Of a DNA stretch of 55,054 nt, positions 37,371 through 46,925 are shown piece by piece. The DNA is taken from positions 1 through 55,054 of IMG/VR virus record IMGVR_UViG_3300044846_002992; one strand, given 5' to 3'. The stretch is from a virus. Taxonomy: Duplodnaviria > Caudoviricetes. The position numbers and the translations under genes were made by a program. Position 1 is the stretch's first letter, and each line of letters starts with the position of its first letter. The notes beneath the pieces were generated by a model that saw nothing but the letters and a program-made list of their open reading frames with translations, searched no databases and had not been told where the DNA came from.

Positions 37371-38296
37371 TTTTCCCAAGGGGCTTTCGTTGACAAAAGA
37401 CGCCTCAGCTCGTCCTGCGTTCTCGGGTCCGGACCTCCAGATTTGTGGTTGAGGTAGCGATGATTCCCCGGAACCGGGAGCCGATTGGTTTTGTGAGGAT
37501 CGCATGGTTCGTGAGGCGTTCTGTGATGATTGTGGTAAATGTTGACCCAGCTTCCCTTAAAAGCCAAGTAGAACTCGCGCATCACCTCAATGGACTTCTC
37601 TCTCTCGAAAAGATAGGGGGTGTGCGTTGCGAAGCGCCAGATGGGGCTGTGGCCTCGCTTCTTGAGTTCCGCGCACGCATCTCCCATTGCCTGCCTCCAG
37701 CCGTTCTGAGACGATCTGAGGGCATCTTCCTGATCGTCGAGAGTCCCCTCGGTGAGGGCGATGCGGAGGTCGTCCCAGCCAGTAGGCCTGAGGAAGTAAA
37801 TGTCATCGTTGGTCCAGCAAACCTCATCGGCGATTTGGAGACCAATTTGGTTTGCCGCCCACAAGCCCGCAGCTCTCGATTGCTGGTATTCGGGAATGAG
37901 GATGAATTGAACGCGCTCTCCCGACTTCAGCCACGCTGGGGCTCGATTGCCGATGATGTAAATGGGGGACTCCTTGTCCTTGAAGAAACGATGGATGGAG
38001 CGCAGGGAATACTTCAGCTCGTCCCAGGCCTCATTCACGGCAAGCCATGGGCACACGATGGCCCTTTCGTGACGAGGCTCGTAGATGGTGAAGGGCTTGG
38101 GCTTCTGGGTGACGTAGGGCTTGGGCGTGCTCCTTCGCTGGCTCGCGGTAGGGAATGCCGAGGGGCGAACTAAATTTGGATGGTTTCTTTGGGTTGCTTT
38201 CATGTCTCGTGGTTGGCCGCATCCGGCGCATGATTTGACTAGCTGGGCTCCTTGGTAAACTGGCCCATCCTCTCCGCCTTTCAGCTTCCAGCGCAT
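37367..38296 (-). CDS. Stealth-like (hexose-1-phosphate transferase) protein
   Basis: DELKYSLRSI..IYIIG..WL and TNDDIYFLRP match the Stealth CR2 pattern; start uncertain. Confidence 0.7.
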   Translation of the reverse strand: MRWKLKGGEDGPVYQGAQLVKSCAGCGQPRDMKATQRNHPNLVRPSAFPTASQRRSTPKPYVTQKPKPFTIYEPRHERAIVCPWLAVNEAWDELKYSLRSIHRFFKDKESPIYIIGNRAPAWLKSGERVQFILIPEYQQSRAAGLWAANQIGLQIADEVCWTNDDIYFLRPTGWDDLRIALTEGTLDDQEDALRSSQNGWRQAMGDACAELKKRGHSPIWRFATHTPYLFEREKSIEVMREFYLAFKGSWVNIYHNHHRTPHEPCDPHKTNRLPVPGNHRYLNHKSGGPDPRTQDELRRLLSTKAPWEK

Positions 38297-38336
38297 CAAG
38301 GCTGGTCTGCTGCTGATTTGCGGAGAAGAAAACGGG

Positions 38337-39851
38337 TCATCCTGATGATTGGTCTGATTCAACATAAATTCCAAAATTGGGGTAAATTTGAAACTTCTCT
38401 CCGAGCGCAGACCTATAGCATAGCACCCTGACATTTCGCACTTCCGTGACGCCGTCCATTCCCTCGGGAACACGAACAACGGGAGACCATGGACTGCATC
38501 TTTCATCCGACGAGCTTTCTGATAAACTTAATGAAAAGCTATCCGATCCAGAAGATTCGCTTGGATGCGTTGGAGGCCCGGTCCACTCCCATGATTTTGG
38601 AGTAATTTGGGGCTCTGGAGGAGTGGAGTCTTGAGAGTCGTCCCACCCATCTGGAAAAGAAACCTCGTCCCACTCGATTCGGTAGTAGCTCCCATAATGG
38701 TCATCGGGAACGCACCACCCATACCTAATGTCCTGACCCACAATTAAACCAGACCAATCATCAACAGATTCAGAAAACCTAGCCATGCAAAACCCCTCAT
38801 ACTCGCACGGATTACTTCCGCCTGAATCGCTCACGCCATCCCAATTCATCTGGTTTCTCGCCCACTCAAGCCCGAGGGCCAATTGCTCAATTGGGGAAAC
38901 GGCTTCACCAAACTCTGTCTCAATTTCGGTCGATGAGCTTCGAGGTCTTACGGGAGAGCCAAAAAATTCCTGAACAAATGGATTTGGCTCTTCCTCCGTG
39001 CTTTCAGAGGGTTCTGAAAATGGCTCACCATCAACAAATGAAACATCGTAAAGGGTGGAGCTGATGGTTGTCTTGGTGGTGCAGGGAGGCCAAAACTCAA
39101 CTGGCTCATTCGGCTCTGCTGGCTCTTCTGGTTCGTTTGGTGGATTGTAGTCGGGCTCATCGCCAACCATGCCGCCGTCCACCCAATCATCATAAGCCTC
39201 CTGATACCCCTCATCGTAACTAGCTAAATCAATAACCCACTGAGCATGATCGCTTTCCCAATCACTATGATCCAACTCCCACTGAGCGAATTCGTCCTCC
39301 CATTCAGCATACGCTGGATTAAGGTCTCCTCCAACATCCTCATAGGTGAATTCCCGAGTTAGGGTGGTGACAATCTTCCGTTCTTGAGGAGATCCGTAAA
39401 CGTAACCAACCCTTTCTTCCTCAGAGAAGCTTCCCGCAACCTCGCATCTTGTTGACTCCTCAGAAGTTGAAGAAGCTCCGCACTGAATTACAGAAGCGCT
39501 CCAGCCCTGACTCCACTCCTCCACAACTTCACGCAAAAGAGTCCCGGAGACAATTTCACGCTCATAGGGATAATCCTCAAGAATGACAGTCCCGCCATCT
39601 GTCTTGGCGTAAACATTAGTGGTGAGGTTTGCGCCTGAATAGGATGTTCCAGTCCTCTGGCTAAGATGAAGGCTGAATTCAGGACTTAAATCTGAGCTGC
39701 TATCAGAGCTTAAAAGTGTTTGCTTGTATCCAGCGGTTACGACTGCAAATCCAATTGACTGGCAAACCTGAATAGGCCCTGGACACTCCGGCATCGCGCA
39801 GCATCCACACTGCTCCAGTCGCTCATTCCAGTCATGTAAAAACTCAATCAC
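38337..39851 (-). CDS. acidic virion-associated protein
   Basis: CGCC N-terminus, Trp heptad (EWEDEFAQWELDHSDWESDHAQW), PEEP and Ser-rich tracts; in the tail module. Confidence 0.6.
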   Translation of the reverse strand: MIEFLHDWNERLEQCGCCAMPECPGPIQVCQSIGFAVVTAGYKQTLLSSDSSSDLSPEFSLHLSQRTGTSYSGANLTTNVYAKTDGGTVILEDYPYEREIVSGTLLREVVEEWSQGWSASVIQCGASSTSEESTRCEVAGSFSEEERVGYVYGSPQERKIVTTLTREFTYEDVGGDLNPAYAEWEDEFAQWELDHSDWESDHAQWVIDLASYDEGYQEAYDDWVDGGMVGDEPDYNPPNEPEEPAEPNEPVEFWPPCTTKTTISSTLYDVSFVDGEPFSEPSESTEEEPNPFVQEFFGSPVRPRSSSTEIETEFGEAVSPIEQLALGLEWARNQMNWDGVSDSGGSNPCEYEGFCMARFSESVDDWSGLIVGQDIRYGWCVPDDHYGSYYRIEWDEVSFPDGWDDSQDSTPPEPQITPKSWEWTGPPTHPSESSGSDSFSLSLSESSSDERCSPWSPVVRVPEGMDGVTEVRNVRVLCYRSALGEKFQIYPNFGIYVESDQSSG

Positions 39852-40438
39852 GAACGGGTGATGTTATAGCTGCTTGGGCAAAAGCCAATTTGAATGTTAC
39901 CCACTCTTGCGGGGGCAAACCCGGTTGAGGTGAAGGTTCCGAGTGAAATGTAGGCGTTCTTTTCTGTTGAAGAAGCAGCGGTTGGAAGTGTGTTTTCTGG
40001 GATTGAGCCGGAGTCGAGAATGGCATCAGCAAGATCGGTGAGATTGAAGCCGGGCATCAAGACATCATCCTCAACCACTCCATTTCCGGTGCATTGAAGA
40101 ACAAGGTGGTCTCCAGGATCACCTTCTGGGCCAGTGCTGCCATCAACAACCTTCACCGCATCCCACGCGATGGTGTTGTCTCCCGCCGTTACAGTGCCAC
40201 CCTGAAGGTAGATGTCGCCACCATCAGCAATGAGGCCATAAAACGCTCCAAACTCCACCGTGGCGGCACCGTTTGTTCCGCGCGGATTACGAATCTCAAT
40301 GGTCTTTTGGGGCTCTTCAACTCCAGGGCCATAAGATGGTGCTGCGTAGCCATAGGAGCGGGGCTCAGGCATTCCCAGTGGTGGCTTGGAGAACGACTGA
40401 ACGAGCTGATCTAGGGAGATGGGGGCGGGATTATTCAT
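39848..40438 (-). CDS. probable tail protein
   Basis: ATGA overlap; beta-rich; position in the tail module. Confidence 0.55.
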   Translation of the reverse strand: MNNPAPISLDQLVQSFSKPPLGMPEPRSYGYAAPSYGPGVEEPQKTIEIRNPRGTNGAATVEFGAFYGLIADGGDIYLQGGTVTAGDNTIAWDAVKVVDGSTGPEGDPGDHLVLQCTGNGVVEDDVLMPGFNLTDLADAILDSGSIPENTLPTAASSTEKNAYISLGTFTSTGFAPARVGNIQIGFCPSSYNITRS

Positions 40439-41685
40439 GCACCTGTAACCCAATTAATTTGAGCTGGTGGAACTGGCCTAGTCACCACTTTCCGGGTTCG
40501 AAGGAATCCTCCACGAAAAGGCTGTTGGTCATCAAAGGCCGTGATGGTTGCTGGCCATGTAGTGAAATTAGTGGCTGAAAAGTGACGAGCCGATCCAGCG
40601 TTCTCTGCATACACCGCGTCAGTATTACCGATATCACATCGAACAGCAATGGCCCCATGAAGACACTCAGGGATGTTCAGCGTGAAGAATGGGGAAGCGT
40701 AGTAGATGCGCGTAGGCTGCATTTGCTCCACAACGGGGATAGAGAAGGGTGTGATGCTCCATGTAGTGGTGGTGGTGGTGAGACAGGGGCCGTTGTAGCC
40801 CTCTGGTGAGAACCTGATGGCGGGGAAGTAGTCGAAGCTTCCATCTAGCCGCTCCCAGTTGAGCAGCTCATAGGTGTCGAGAACTGGGGGCCAGTAGTAG
40901 TTGTCGTTGCTGGTGTAGGAGTGAATGGTTAAGAGGCCATCCACCATCACCCCTCCAATTACTTGAGCGGTTTCAATGATGAACCACTGCTCAGAGAGTT
41001 GCTTTCCGCTGCGCTGCGTCCCATCTGATTGGAGCCCCCAATAGGCATTAGTCGGGGCGGCGAAAAGAGCGGTGGCGGTAGTGCTACCAGTAACTACCTC
41101 TGTGGCGTAGTAGAGATTGGTCCACGAAAAAAGCGACTGACCATTCAGCGGGTCCACGCCAATTTCCCTGATGCTCGTTCGTTTGATGTAGGTGCGGACA
41201 TCAAGAACGTAGAGGGAGTTGATTTCCTTTTCTGGCGTCTCTCCCTGTCTGCGCTCAGACAAGACGTAATCAGACACCACGGAGGGATCGCCAGAGCCAG
41301 TCCCGAACAGTTCCGCTGGGATGTTTGGCATGGAAGTTCCCATAACGGGAACATCCGGGTCCCACTCATCACGGGGGATGATGTAAACGCGCTGAACGGC
41401 TTTGAACTTCACGCCTCCAATGTCTGCATCCGAGAAGGCGAAGTTGTAGAGGTCTTGATTCTCACGGTCAGCCGCAAACCACCACATTTGCTTCCCGTCC
41501 TCTTTGCGCGTTTGAATGAAGACGAGCTTGTGATTGGGCCATTTGACGACGTTCTCGTGAGGCTGCCCGTATGGGGGCCATTTGTTCTTCGGGAGAACAT
41601 TATCCCTCACTTCATAGAACAGCACATCCGTCGCGATGGGCGTCGGATATGCCTGAACCTGAAACCTTTCGTGAGCGAGGGCCAT
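40435..41685 (-). CDS. probable tail protein
   Basis: Thr/aromatic-rich beta composition in the structural operon. Confidence 0.6.
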   Translation of the reverse strand: MALAHERFQVQAYPTPIATDVLFYEVRDNVLPKNKWPPYGQPHENVVKWPNHKLVFIQTRKEDGKQMWWFAADRENQDLYNFAFSDADIGGVKFKAVQRVYIIPRDEWDPDVPVMGTSMPNIPAELFGTGSGDPSVVSDYVLSERRQGETPEKEINSLYVLDVRTYIKRTSIREIGVDPLNGQSLFSWTNLYYATEVVTGSTTATALFAAPTNAYWGLQSDGTQRSGKQLSEQWFIIETAQVIGGVMVDGLLTIHSYTSNDNYYWPPVLDTYELLNWERLDGSFDYFPAIRFSPEGYNGPCLTTTTTTWSITPFSIPVVEQMQPTRIYYASPFFTLNIPECLHGAIAVRCDIGNTDAVYAENAGSARHFSATNFTTWPATITAFDDQQPFRGGFLRTRKVVTRPVPPAQINWVTGA

Positions 41686-41690
41686 TGGGC

Positions 41691-42353
41691 TTATGCGGTG
41701 GCAACGCGAAGCTTTTTGAGGGTGGTATCCCAGAAAAAGTCACCAGAAGCAAGGGCGGCATTTGCAGCGGTAAGATCGACGTATGAAGGAACAGACGCAA
41801 GCGTTCCGCTGAAGTCCGGCAGATTGAAAGCCCTGTTGGCAGTGAGGGTCGAAGCCTGAATAGCCCATGAATACGTAGAATGAAATTCTAGAATCGCCGT
41901 CGAGCGAGGATCACCAACATCGGGATTCCAAAAAAACTCCACCAAGGAATCTCCAGATCGCATTTCGGTACCACCGTCTACCCCTGGCATCCAAAAAGAC
42001 TCAGCTCGTAGAGCGCCATAGTCATCTCGTAGTGCCAGGCTTTCTGCGGTATTGTCACTCGTCGCGGTGTCGAGCAATACCTTGTCTGCGGCGGACATCA
42101 CACCCGCCGTCTCGTCCGTCGCGGCAGGGATCTCCACCCCATCTCCGGAGTCGTTATCAATGATCACCACCTCTGGCTCGCCCGCGCCGAGGCTGAGGTT
42201 GACCACTCCGCCACCAAGAGGAGATACAGAGCCGTCAGCCTCGCGCACAGCAAGCTGTCCGGTGGCGGGGTTGTAAACCAAATCGACATAGCCCTGAGGC
42301 GGATTGCGGCGCTGCGTGTTCTTTTTGATGCGGAGGAAGGAGAAGATGCTCAT
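41691..42353 (-). CDS. tail fibre-like protein
   Basis: IPAAT..AGVMSAADK..LD and LTANRAFNLPDFSGTLA are motifs typical of fibre proteins. Confidence 0.65.
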   Translation of the reverse strand: MSIFSFLRIKKNTQRRNPPQGYVDLVYNPATGQLAVREADGSVSPLGGGVVNLSLGAGEPEVVIIDNDSGDGVEIPAATDETAGVMSAADKVLLDTATSDNTAESLALRDDYGALRAESFWMPGVDGGTEMRSGDSLVEFFWNPDVGDPRSTAILEFHSTYSWAIQASTLTANRAFNLPDFSGTLASVPSYVDLTAANAALASGDFFWDTTLKKLRVATA

Positions 42354-42401
42354 TGGGGTGGTGGTTGCGTTGACAAAAGTGTGACCGATTTTTCAGGGAG
42401 G

Positions 42402-43412
42402 TCAACCCTTCATGCGAGCGTGCATCGAGCCGACGAGGGACAAGCCCTCCCAGATGGAGACATTCATGTGCAGGAATTCTCCAGAGCGAGAGACAAACTG
42501 GACTGCATAGCCATGACTCCATCCGGTTGGGTCGGAATGCCGCCAAAGCGGCTGTCGTTGACAGAGGCATCCGGGATTCCATGCTTTCACCAAGCCGACG
42601 CCAGGCATCACCATGGAAGCGGAGTCCTCGCGGTGAGTGTGGGCATACACCACATTACCCGCAGTTCGGCCCACGGCTGAGGACGCAGCGTTCTTGCCGG
42701 ACCCAAGCTCGTGAACGAAAAACACCTTCCCCAGCTTAATCCAGCCAGGAGGCAGGCCGGGAATTGTTTCTTCGGACCTACGATAGAAATTGATGCCTCG
42801 CTCCTTCAGGCGGAGCAGTTTGTCAGGAGCGAGCATCTGGCGCAAAAACTCAGCATCCCTGCTGTGACGCATAGTTTGATCCACAATCCACCGCTCGACC
42901 CGATCTTCATGATTGCCCTCAAGGTAGTGGATGACGGCTCTGGGAGCGGCCTTCACCACCTCATCAAGAAACCAGTTCCCAGCAGCGATGTCATCCTGCC
43001 ATGAGTAGGCAGTTTGAGCCACGTATCCGAGCGTGTGATGGGCTGCGAGAAAGCCGCCGCATTCCACAATGTCGCCAAGTAGGACAATTTCATCAGGGTC
43101 CCACTTCTTAAGGTCGGCAAGGAAGGCATCCACTGCTGGCTTGTCCATCATGCTTCCATGGACATCGGCGCAGATGACGCGAACGAGGTCTTCCCGATTG
43201 CAACTTGCGGGCTGAGGGGATGGGGGGATCGGGAACTTGGCGTTGCCCAGCGCCTCAAACTCCTGAAGGAGGTCATCCCTGTCCTTCGTTACAGCGGCTA
43301 GTTCCCGCTTTGTTTTCGCGAGGAGGGCTCGGGCCTTCGTCACTTCCGAAATGGCTTCATCAGAGCTGACGCGCTTTCCGGTCAAATCGTGTCCTGTGTT
43401 TGGTGCGCTCAT
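42402..43412 (-). CDS. calcineurin-like metallophosphoesterase with an N-terminal coiled coil
   Basis: ADVHG, LLGDIVE, EGNHE, VHE and AHTHR. Confidence 0.88.
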   Translation of the reverse strand: MSAPNTGHDLTGKRVSSDEAISEVTKARALLAKTKRELAAVTKDRDDLLQEFEALGNAKFPIPPSPQPASCNREDLVRVICADVHGSMMDKPAVDAFLADLKKWDPDEIVLLGDIVECGGFLAAHHTLGYVAQTAYSWQDDIAAGNWFLDEVVKAAPRAVIHYLEGNHEDRVERWIVDQTMRHSRDAEFLRQMLAPDKLLRLKERGINFYRRSEETIPGLPPGWIKLGKVFFVHELGSGKNAASSAVGRTAGNVVYAHTHREDSASMVMPGVGLVKAWNPGCLCQRQPLWRHSDPTGWSHGYAVQFVSRSGEFLHMNVSIWEGLSLVGSMHARMKG

Positions 43413-43837
43413 AGGGAGTAGGATTGGGCTGTTTCAGGGCTAAGGACGAGGGCTTGCCACTCATCTTCACTCACTTCGACAAATTTCAAACACCCCATGT
43501 CTCGGGCGTGCTTCCGAATGGTTTCTTCGCTCATTCCCCAGTTCTTGGAAAGTTCGGCAAGTGTGAAGCCTCGATCTTTAGGGAGGCGCTTAATGAACTT
43601 GGCCGCGCTCTCAACGGGCCGTCGTGAAAGCACGTTCCTGCCTCTGAGGGCGATTCCTGGGCTGTAAACAGGGTCTGGCGAGGCGTTTGTAGCGTGGATG
43701 GGGATTGGCTGCATTTTCAACCTCACTGCGGCCACGAGGGCGGCAGAGGCCCCCTTGTAGTTCTTGGCGATGGAGGAGTTGTTTTTGCCCGGATTTCGAG
43801 CAATGGTGGAGGCGATGCGTTTTTCTAGGTCGTTCAT
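43409..43837 (-). CDS. probable HTH DNA-binding protein
   Basis: FTLAELSKNWGMSEETIRKHA. Confidence 0.6.
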   Translation of the reverse strand: MNDLEKRIASTIARNPGKNNSSIAKNYKGASAALVAAVRLKMQPIPIHATNASPDPVYSPGIALRGRNVLSRRPVESAAKFIKRLPKDRGFTLAELSKNWGMSEETIRKHARDMGCLKFVEVSEDEWQALVLSPETAQSYSL

Positions 43838-43839
43838 AA

Positions 43840-44409
43840 TTATGCTTCGTTCGTGGAGAGTTTGCCAGTTGAGGCAATGCGATAGGGCTTCGCCCCGGCA
43901 GGGGTGGTGATGTATGGTGGTCGGCGAGCGGCAATGAGGCGATCCTTAGCAATGCGGGCAATGCTGACTCGGTTTCCCTGATTGCCACCAAATACGTGGT
44001 AGGCCGTGGAATCCTCGCCGACGTAAAAGCCAACATGGCCTCCTGAGCCTCGAGAAAAAACAAGCGCATCACCCAAAGCGGGCTTGGTGGTTTTCACTCC
44101 ATATTTAGCCCAGTTGCGAGCCCAGAGAGGGGACTTCACCACTTCCTCAATTTTCTTGAGGCGGCGGAAACAAACGACGGCAGCAAACAGTCCACACCAT
44201 GCAATGTCGTCATCAGAGAACCCGGAGACGATTGGCTTGCCTGCTGGAGAAGCGCCGTTCAGCTCGTCTCGCCAGCCGATGATAGTTCGGTTGGAGCCCT
44301 TCCCGACAATCTCCTGAATGCCGTGAAGCTCGATGCACAGCTTGATGGTGTTGGGGAGTTCCTTGACGGAATGAAGCCACTGATAGGCTTTGGGAAGTGG
44401 AGTGGTCAT
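43840..44409 (-). CDS. endolysin, TIGR02594 / CHAP-NlpC-like peptidoglycan hydrolase
   Basis: DDIAWCGLFA, ARNW, GGHVGFYVG and GGNQGNRV. Confidence 0.88.
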   Translation of the reverse strand: MTTPLPKAYQWLHSVKELPNTIKLCIELHGIQEIVGKGSNRTIIGWRDELNGASPAGKPIVSGFSDDDIAWCGLFAAVVCFRRLKKIEEVVKSPLWARNWAKYGVKTTKPALGDALVFSRGSGGHVGFYVGEDSTAYHVFGGNQGNRVSIARIAKDRLIAARRPPYITTPAGAKPYRIASTGKLSTNEA

Positions 44410-44765
44410 GATTTTGGAAGGCGGTCACGCATGAGTTGCGTCTGCTCGGCCAGCGAGTGTTCCATATTCTGAAGAGTGGTAAGCATCGCCTGTCGAAGCT
44501 CAGCAGCTTCTTTAACCTCACTTTCGCGCTGATGCAAGAGGTCATCGCGATCTGCAATGCGAGCATCGGTGGTGATTTTGTAAAGAGCAAAGATTTTCAC
44601 TCCTCCCCAGATGGCAAGGCCCGCGACGACGATTGGCAATCCAAACTCCCGAAGCAAATCAGGAATGGCATCAGTGAGCGCTAAAAGCTTATCGGAAGCC
44701 CATAGAGTTGCGCTGGTTCCAAGAGCCATGAGGGCCTTGCTCATTTCTGCTGCGTCGTGTGTCAT
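44406..44765 (-). CDS. putative holin
   Basis: Hydrophobic FGLPIVVAGLAIWGGVKIFALY followed by a coiled coil; immediately upstream of the endolysin. Start at MTHDAA. Confidence 0.55.
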   Translation of the reverse strand: MTHDAAEMSKALMALGTSATLWASDKLLALTDAIPDLLREFGLPIVVAGLAIWGGVKIFALYKITTDARIADRDDLLHQRESEVKEAAELRQAMLTTLQNMEHSLAEQTQLMRDRLPKS

Positions 44766-45364
44766 AATGGTGTGGCCTGAATGGCTTTCGGTGGAAACGC
44801 CCAGGTGGTGAGTTCCTCGCGGATGAGGTCCACCCACCGGGGGGCGTGGTCGATGAGGGTGTGGCGGAGGGGGATGATGAGGGGGTCCGCAACGTGGGTG
44901 CTGGTGGGATCCTCGGGGATGAGGTCGTGGCCGCGTGGGAGGTCGATCTTTTGGCGGACCCATGCGACGCGGCGGATGCAGCGCGGGACGGTGATTTTCC
45001 CGTTGGGGAGCATGGCGCGGAAGGCGAGGGGCTGGAGGCAGTTCCAGCGCGGGAGGAAGGTGTGGCGGTAGACGGGATCGCAAGCCAGCCAGAGGTCGGT
45101 GGAGATGCCGAGGGTGTAGGCGAATTTGGCGAAGGCGACGGCGGCGGCTTGGCCGTGGGAGTAGGAGACGAGGGCGACGTTGCGAATGCCCTGCCTTGAG
45201 AGCTGGTGGGCGAGGGCTTTCACGTCGGATGTCCAGTCCCGTGGGTGATAGGTGGTGATTTCTGAACTGGCGAACTGGCGGATGACGGAGAAAAACGCAT
45301 CCTCCGTCCCCGTGCGTGCGTGCTCGGACTCGCGAAAACCTTGGAATGTGAGGATGGCTCTCAT
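44762..45364 (-). CDS. alpha/beta hydrolase-fold protein
   Basis: Nucleophile elbow ALVSYSHGQAAA, LACDPV and a C-terminal HTLID. Confidence 0.65.
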   Translation of the reverse strand: MRAILTFQGFRESEHARTGTEDAFFSVIRQFASSEITTYHPRDWTSDVKALAHQLSRQGIRNVALVSYSHGQAAAVAFAKFAYTLGISTDLWLACDPVYRHTFLPRWNCLQPLAFRAMLPNGKITVPRCIRRVAWVRQKIDLPRGHDLIPEDPTSTHVADPLIIPLRHTLIDHAPRWVDLIREELTTWAFPPKAIQATPL

Positions 45365-45660
45365 GATTCGGGGATTATATCTTCGGGCGAAATATCAACC
45401 CTCTCGCCCATGCCTCCGAGAGCGGCAATGAGTTGTGAGAACTCGGGAAAATCCTTTGGGGTCATTGGCGGATCACCGCGTAGCGGGGTGTCGAACATTG
45501 TGTCGTCTCCCGGCACAAAGCATTTCCCGGCGTGCTCACCACGTAGAATTGGGAAGCTGCCTGGAATCCAATAAACGGGAAGCCCACGCGACGTTTGGGC
45601 GTCTGCAACGGCGGCGTTGACCGTCTGTGCTTGTTCTGGAGTGACGATGAATCCGATCAT
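45361..45660 (-). CDS. hypothetical protein (tail accessory?)
   Basis: ATGA overlaps on both sides. Confidence 0.65.
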   Translation of the reverse strand: MIGFIVTPEQAQTVNAAVADAQTSRGLPVYWIPGSFPILRGEHAGKCFVPGDDTMFDTPLRGDPPMTPKDFPEFSQLIAALGGMGERVDISPEDIIPES

Positions 45661-46496
45661 GGTAGTGTAAGTCCGGTTGCCCCCTCCCAGAGGTTCTTGA
45701 GGGCGAGTGAATATGCGCTGTCTTGCGCGTCCGTAAGTTCAAGACCGATGCTGAATGCGCCGATCTCTTCTCCGCAGAAACCAGTTACACTTCCCGAGAC
45801 ATTGTTGGCTAGAAACGCGACATTGACGTTGTTTGGTTGCGCCAGAATTGTTGTTGTCGAAGTGCCAAGCGTAGTGACTCCGCTGGTTTTGCGTCTTTTA
45901 AGAAAACGCGCCGATTCCGCACCGCTAAAAGTAAAGATGCCAAGTCTGTCTCCATGAGCCACGGTTCCAGTTGCCCTGCCTTGCGACGGACTAGCTAAAT
46001 CTGCATGGTATGCAGTCCCAGATATAAACATCCGGTTGACGTTGCTGCCTGATTGAGACCCAAACAAATAGGAGTTGGGTTTTATTGACGATGTTTTGTA
46101 AAGCCCTGCAAAGTGGTAGCTGCTTAGAGATAGCCCCAAAGTCGTAATCCCGACGTTGGTGTCCATGTAACCATTGGATGTCGGACTTTTTACAAATCCA
46201 GCACCATGAGTCACCTGACCGACAAACGTGCCGCTTGTCAGGGATTTCATACAGATGGCGTTGGGTGCAGCAACTCCCCAGATTGGCAGATATACGCGCT
46301 TCAACGAGGGATACCAGCCGTCAGATTTCCCAGTCTTGTAGAAGGTGTTGATAACCGACGCCTGCGCCCCGCTAACCACCCCGCCAGCATCCACTACGGC
46401 GTCGATGTAGGCGGCGGCGTCTGGGTCCAATACTCCAAACACCCCCGACATGGATCGGGCATGAAGTCCTAGTTCAAGAGCTAAGGCGAGTGACAT
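45657..46496 (-). CDS. probable receptor-binding / lectin-like virion protein
   Basis: MSLALALELGL N-terminus, DPDAAAYIDAV domain, and a Gly/Ser/Thr-rich beta-sandwich-like C-terminus. Confidence 0.6.
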   Translation of the reverse strand: MSLALALELGLHARSMSGVFGVLDPDAAAYIDAVVDAGGVVSGAQASVINTFYKTGKSDGWYPSLKRVYLPIWGVAAPNAICMKSLTSGTFVGQVTHGAGFVKSPTSNGYMDTNVGITTLGLSLSSYHFAGLYKTSSIKPNSYLFGSQSGSNVNRMFISGTAYHADLASPSQGRATGTVAHGDRLGIFTFSGAESARFLKRRKTSGVTTLGTSTTTILAQPNNVNVAFLANNVSGSVTGFCGEEIGAFSIGLELTDAQDSAYSLALKNLWEGATGLTLP

Positions 46497-46510
46497 AATG
46501 TATTGGATCC

Positions 46511-46545
46511 AAGAGTTGGCAAAACCGTCAGACGCTTGCACGGCG
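46511..46545. repeat. direct repeat copy A (29/35 identical to 47621-47655)
   Basis: aagagttggcaaaaccgtcagacgcttgcacggcg versus aagagttggcaaaactatcagggacttgaacggcg. Confidence 0.8.
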
Positions 46546-46565
46546 GAACGACGGGTAATAGCGCA

Positions 46566-46925
46566 TCAGGCAATGACCTCCGGTGTTGAGTTTTCGACAG
46601 GAGCGACGTAAAGCACCGTACCATCCCCCTGCAGTTGGAAAACCTCCATGTTCGCCTCCGGCACGCCCAGATCCGGCTTCACCGTCGCCAGCGCACCACG
46701 GAACGCCACAAACGCCGTCAAAGCCTGCATTGCATTCGTCCCGAACCGATCCATGACCGCCTGCTCATGCCCCGGCGTATTCGCCAACGCATGCAATCGC
46801 CGCAACTGCGCATCCGTGTAGGAGGTCAGTTGCGAAATAATTTCCTGCATCTCATTCGATGCAGCCTCCGACGGCGTGATGTGAATTAGGCTCATAAAGA
46901 TAAAACTAGGGTCGATAGTGTGCAA
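46566..46925 (-). CDS. hypothetical protein (fibre accessory/chaperone?)
   Basis: Follows the fibre-like gene; the true start may be at MSLIHIT. Confidence 0.6.
   Translation of the reverse strand: MHTIDPSFIFMSLIHITPSEAASNEMQEIISQLTSYTDAQLRRLHALANTPGHEQAVMDRFGTNAMQALTAFVAFRGALATVKPDLGVPEANMEVFQLQGDGTVLYVAPVENSTPEVIA

Noticed and set aside
44766-45083. Pro/His-rich N-terminal extension of the holin ORF (225 aa in the track)
   Set aside because: Out-of-frame reading of the C-rich hydrolase gene; the ATGA overlap supports a start at 44765.
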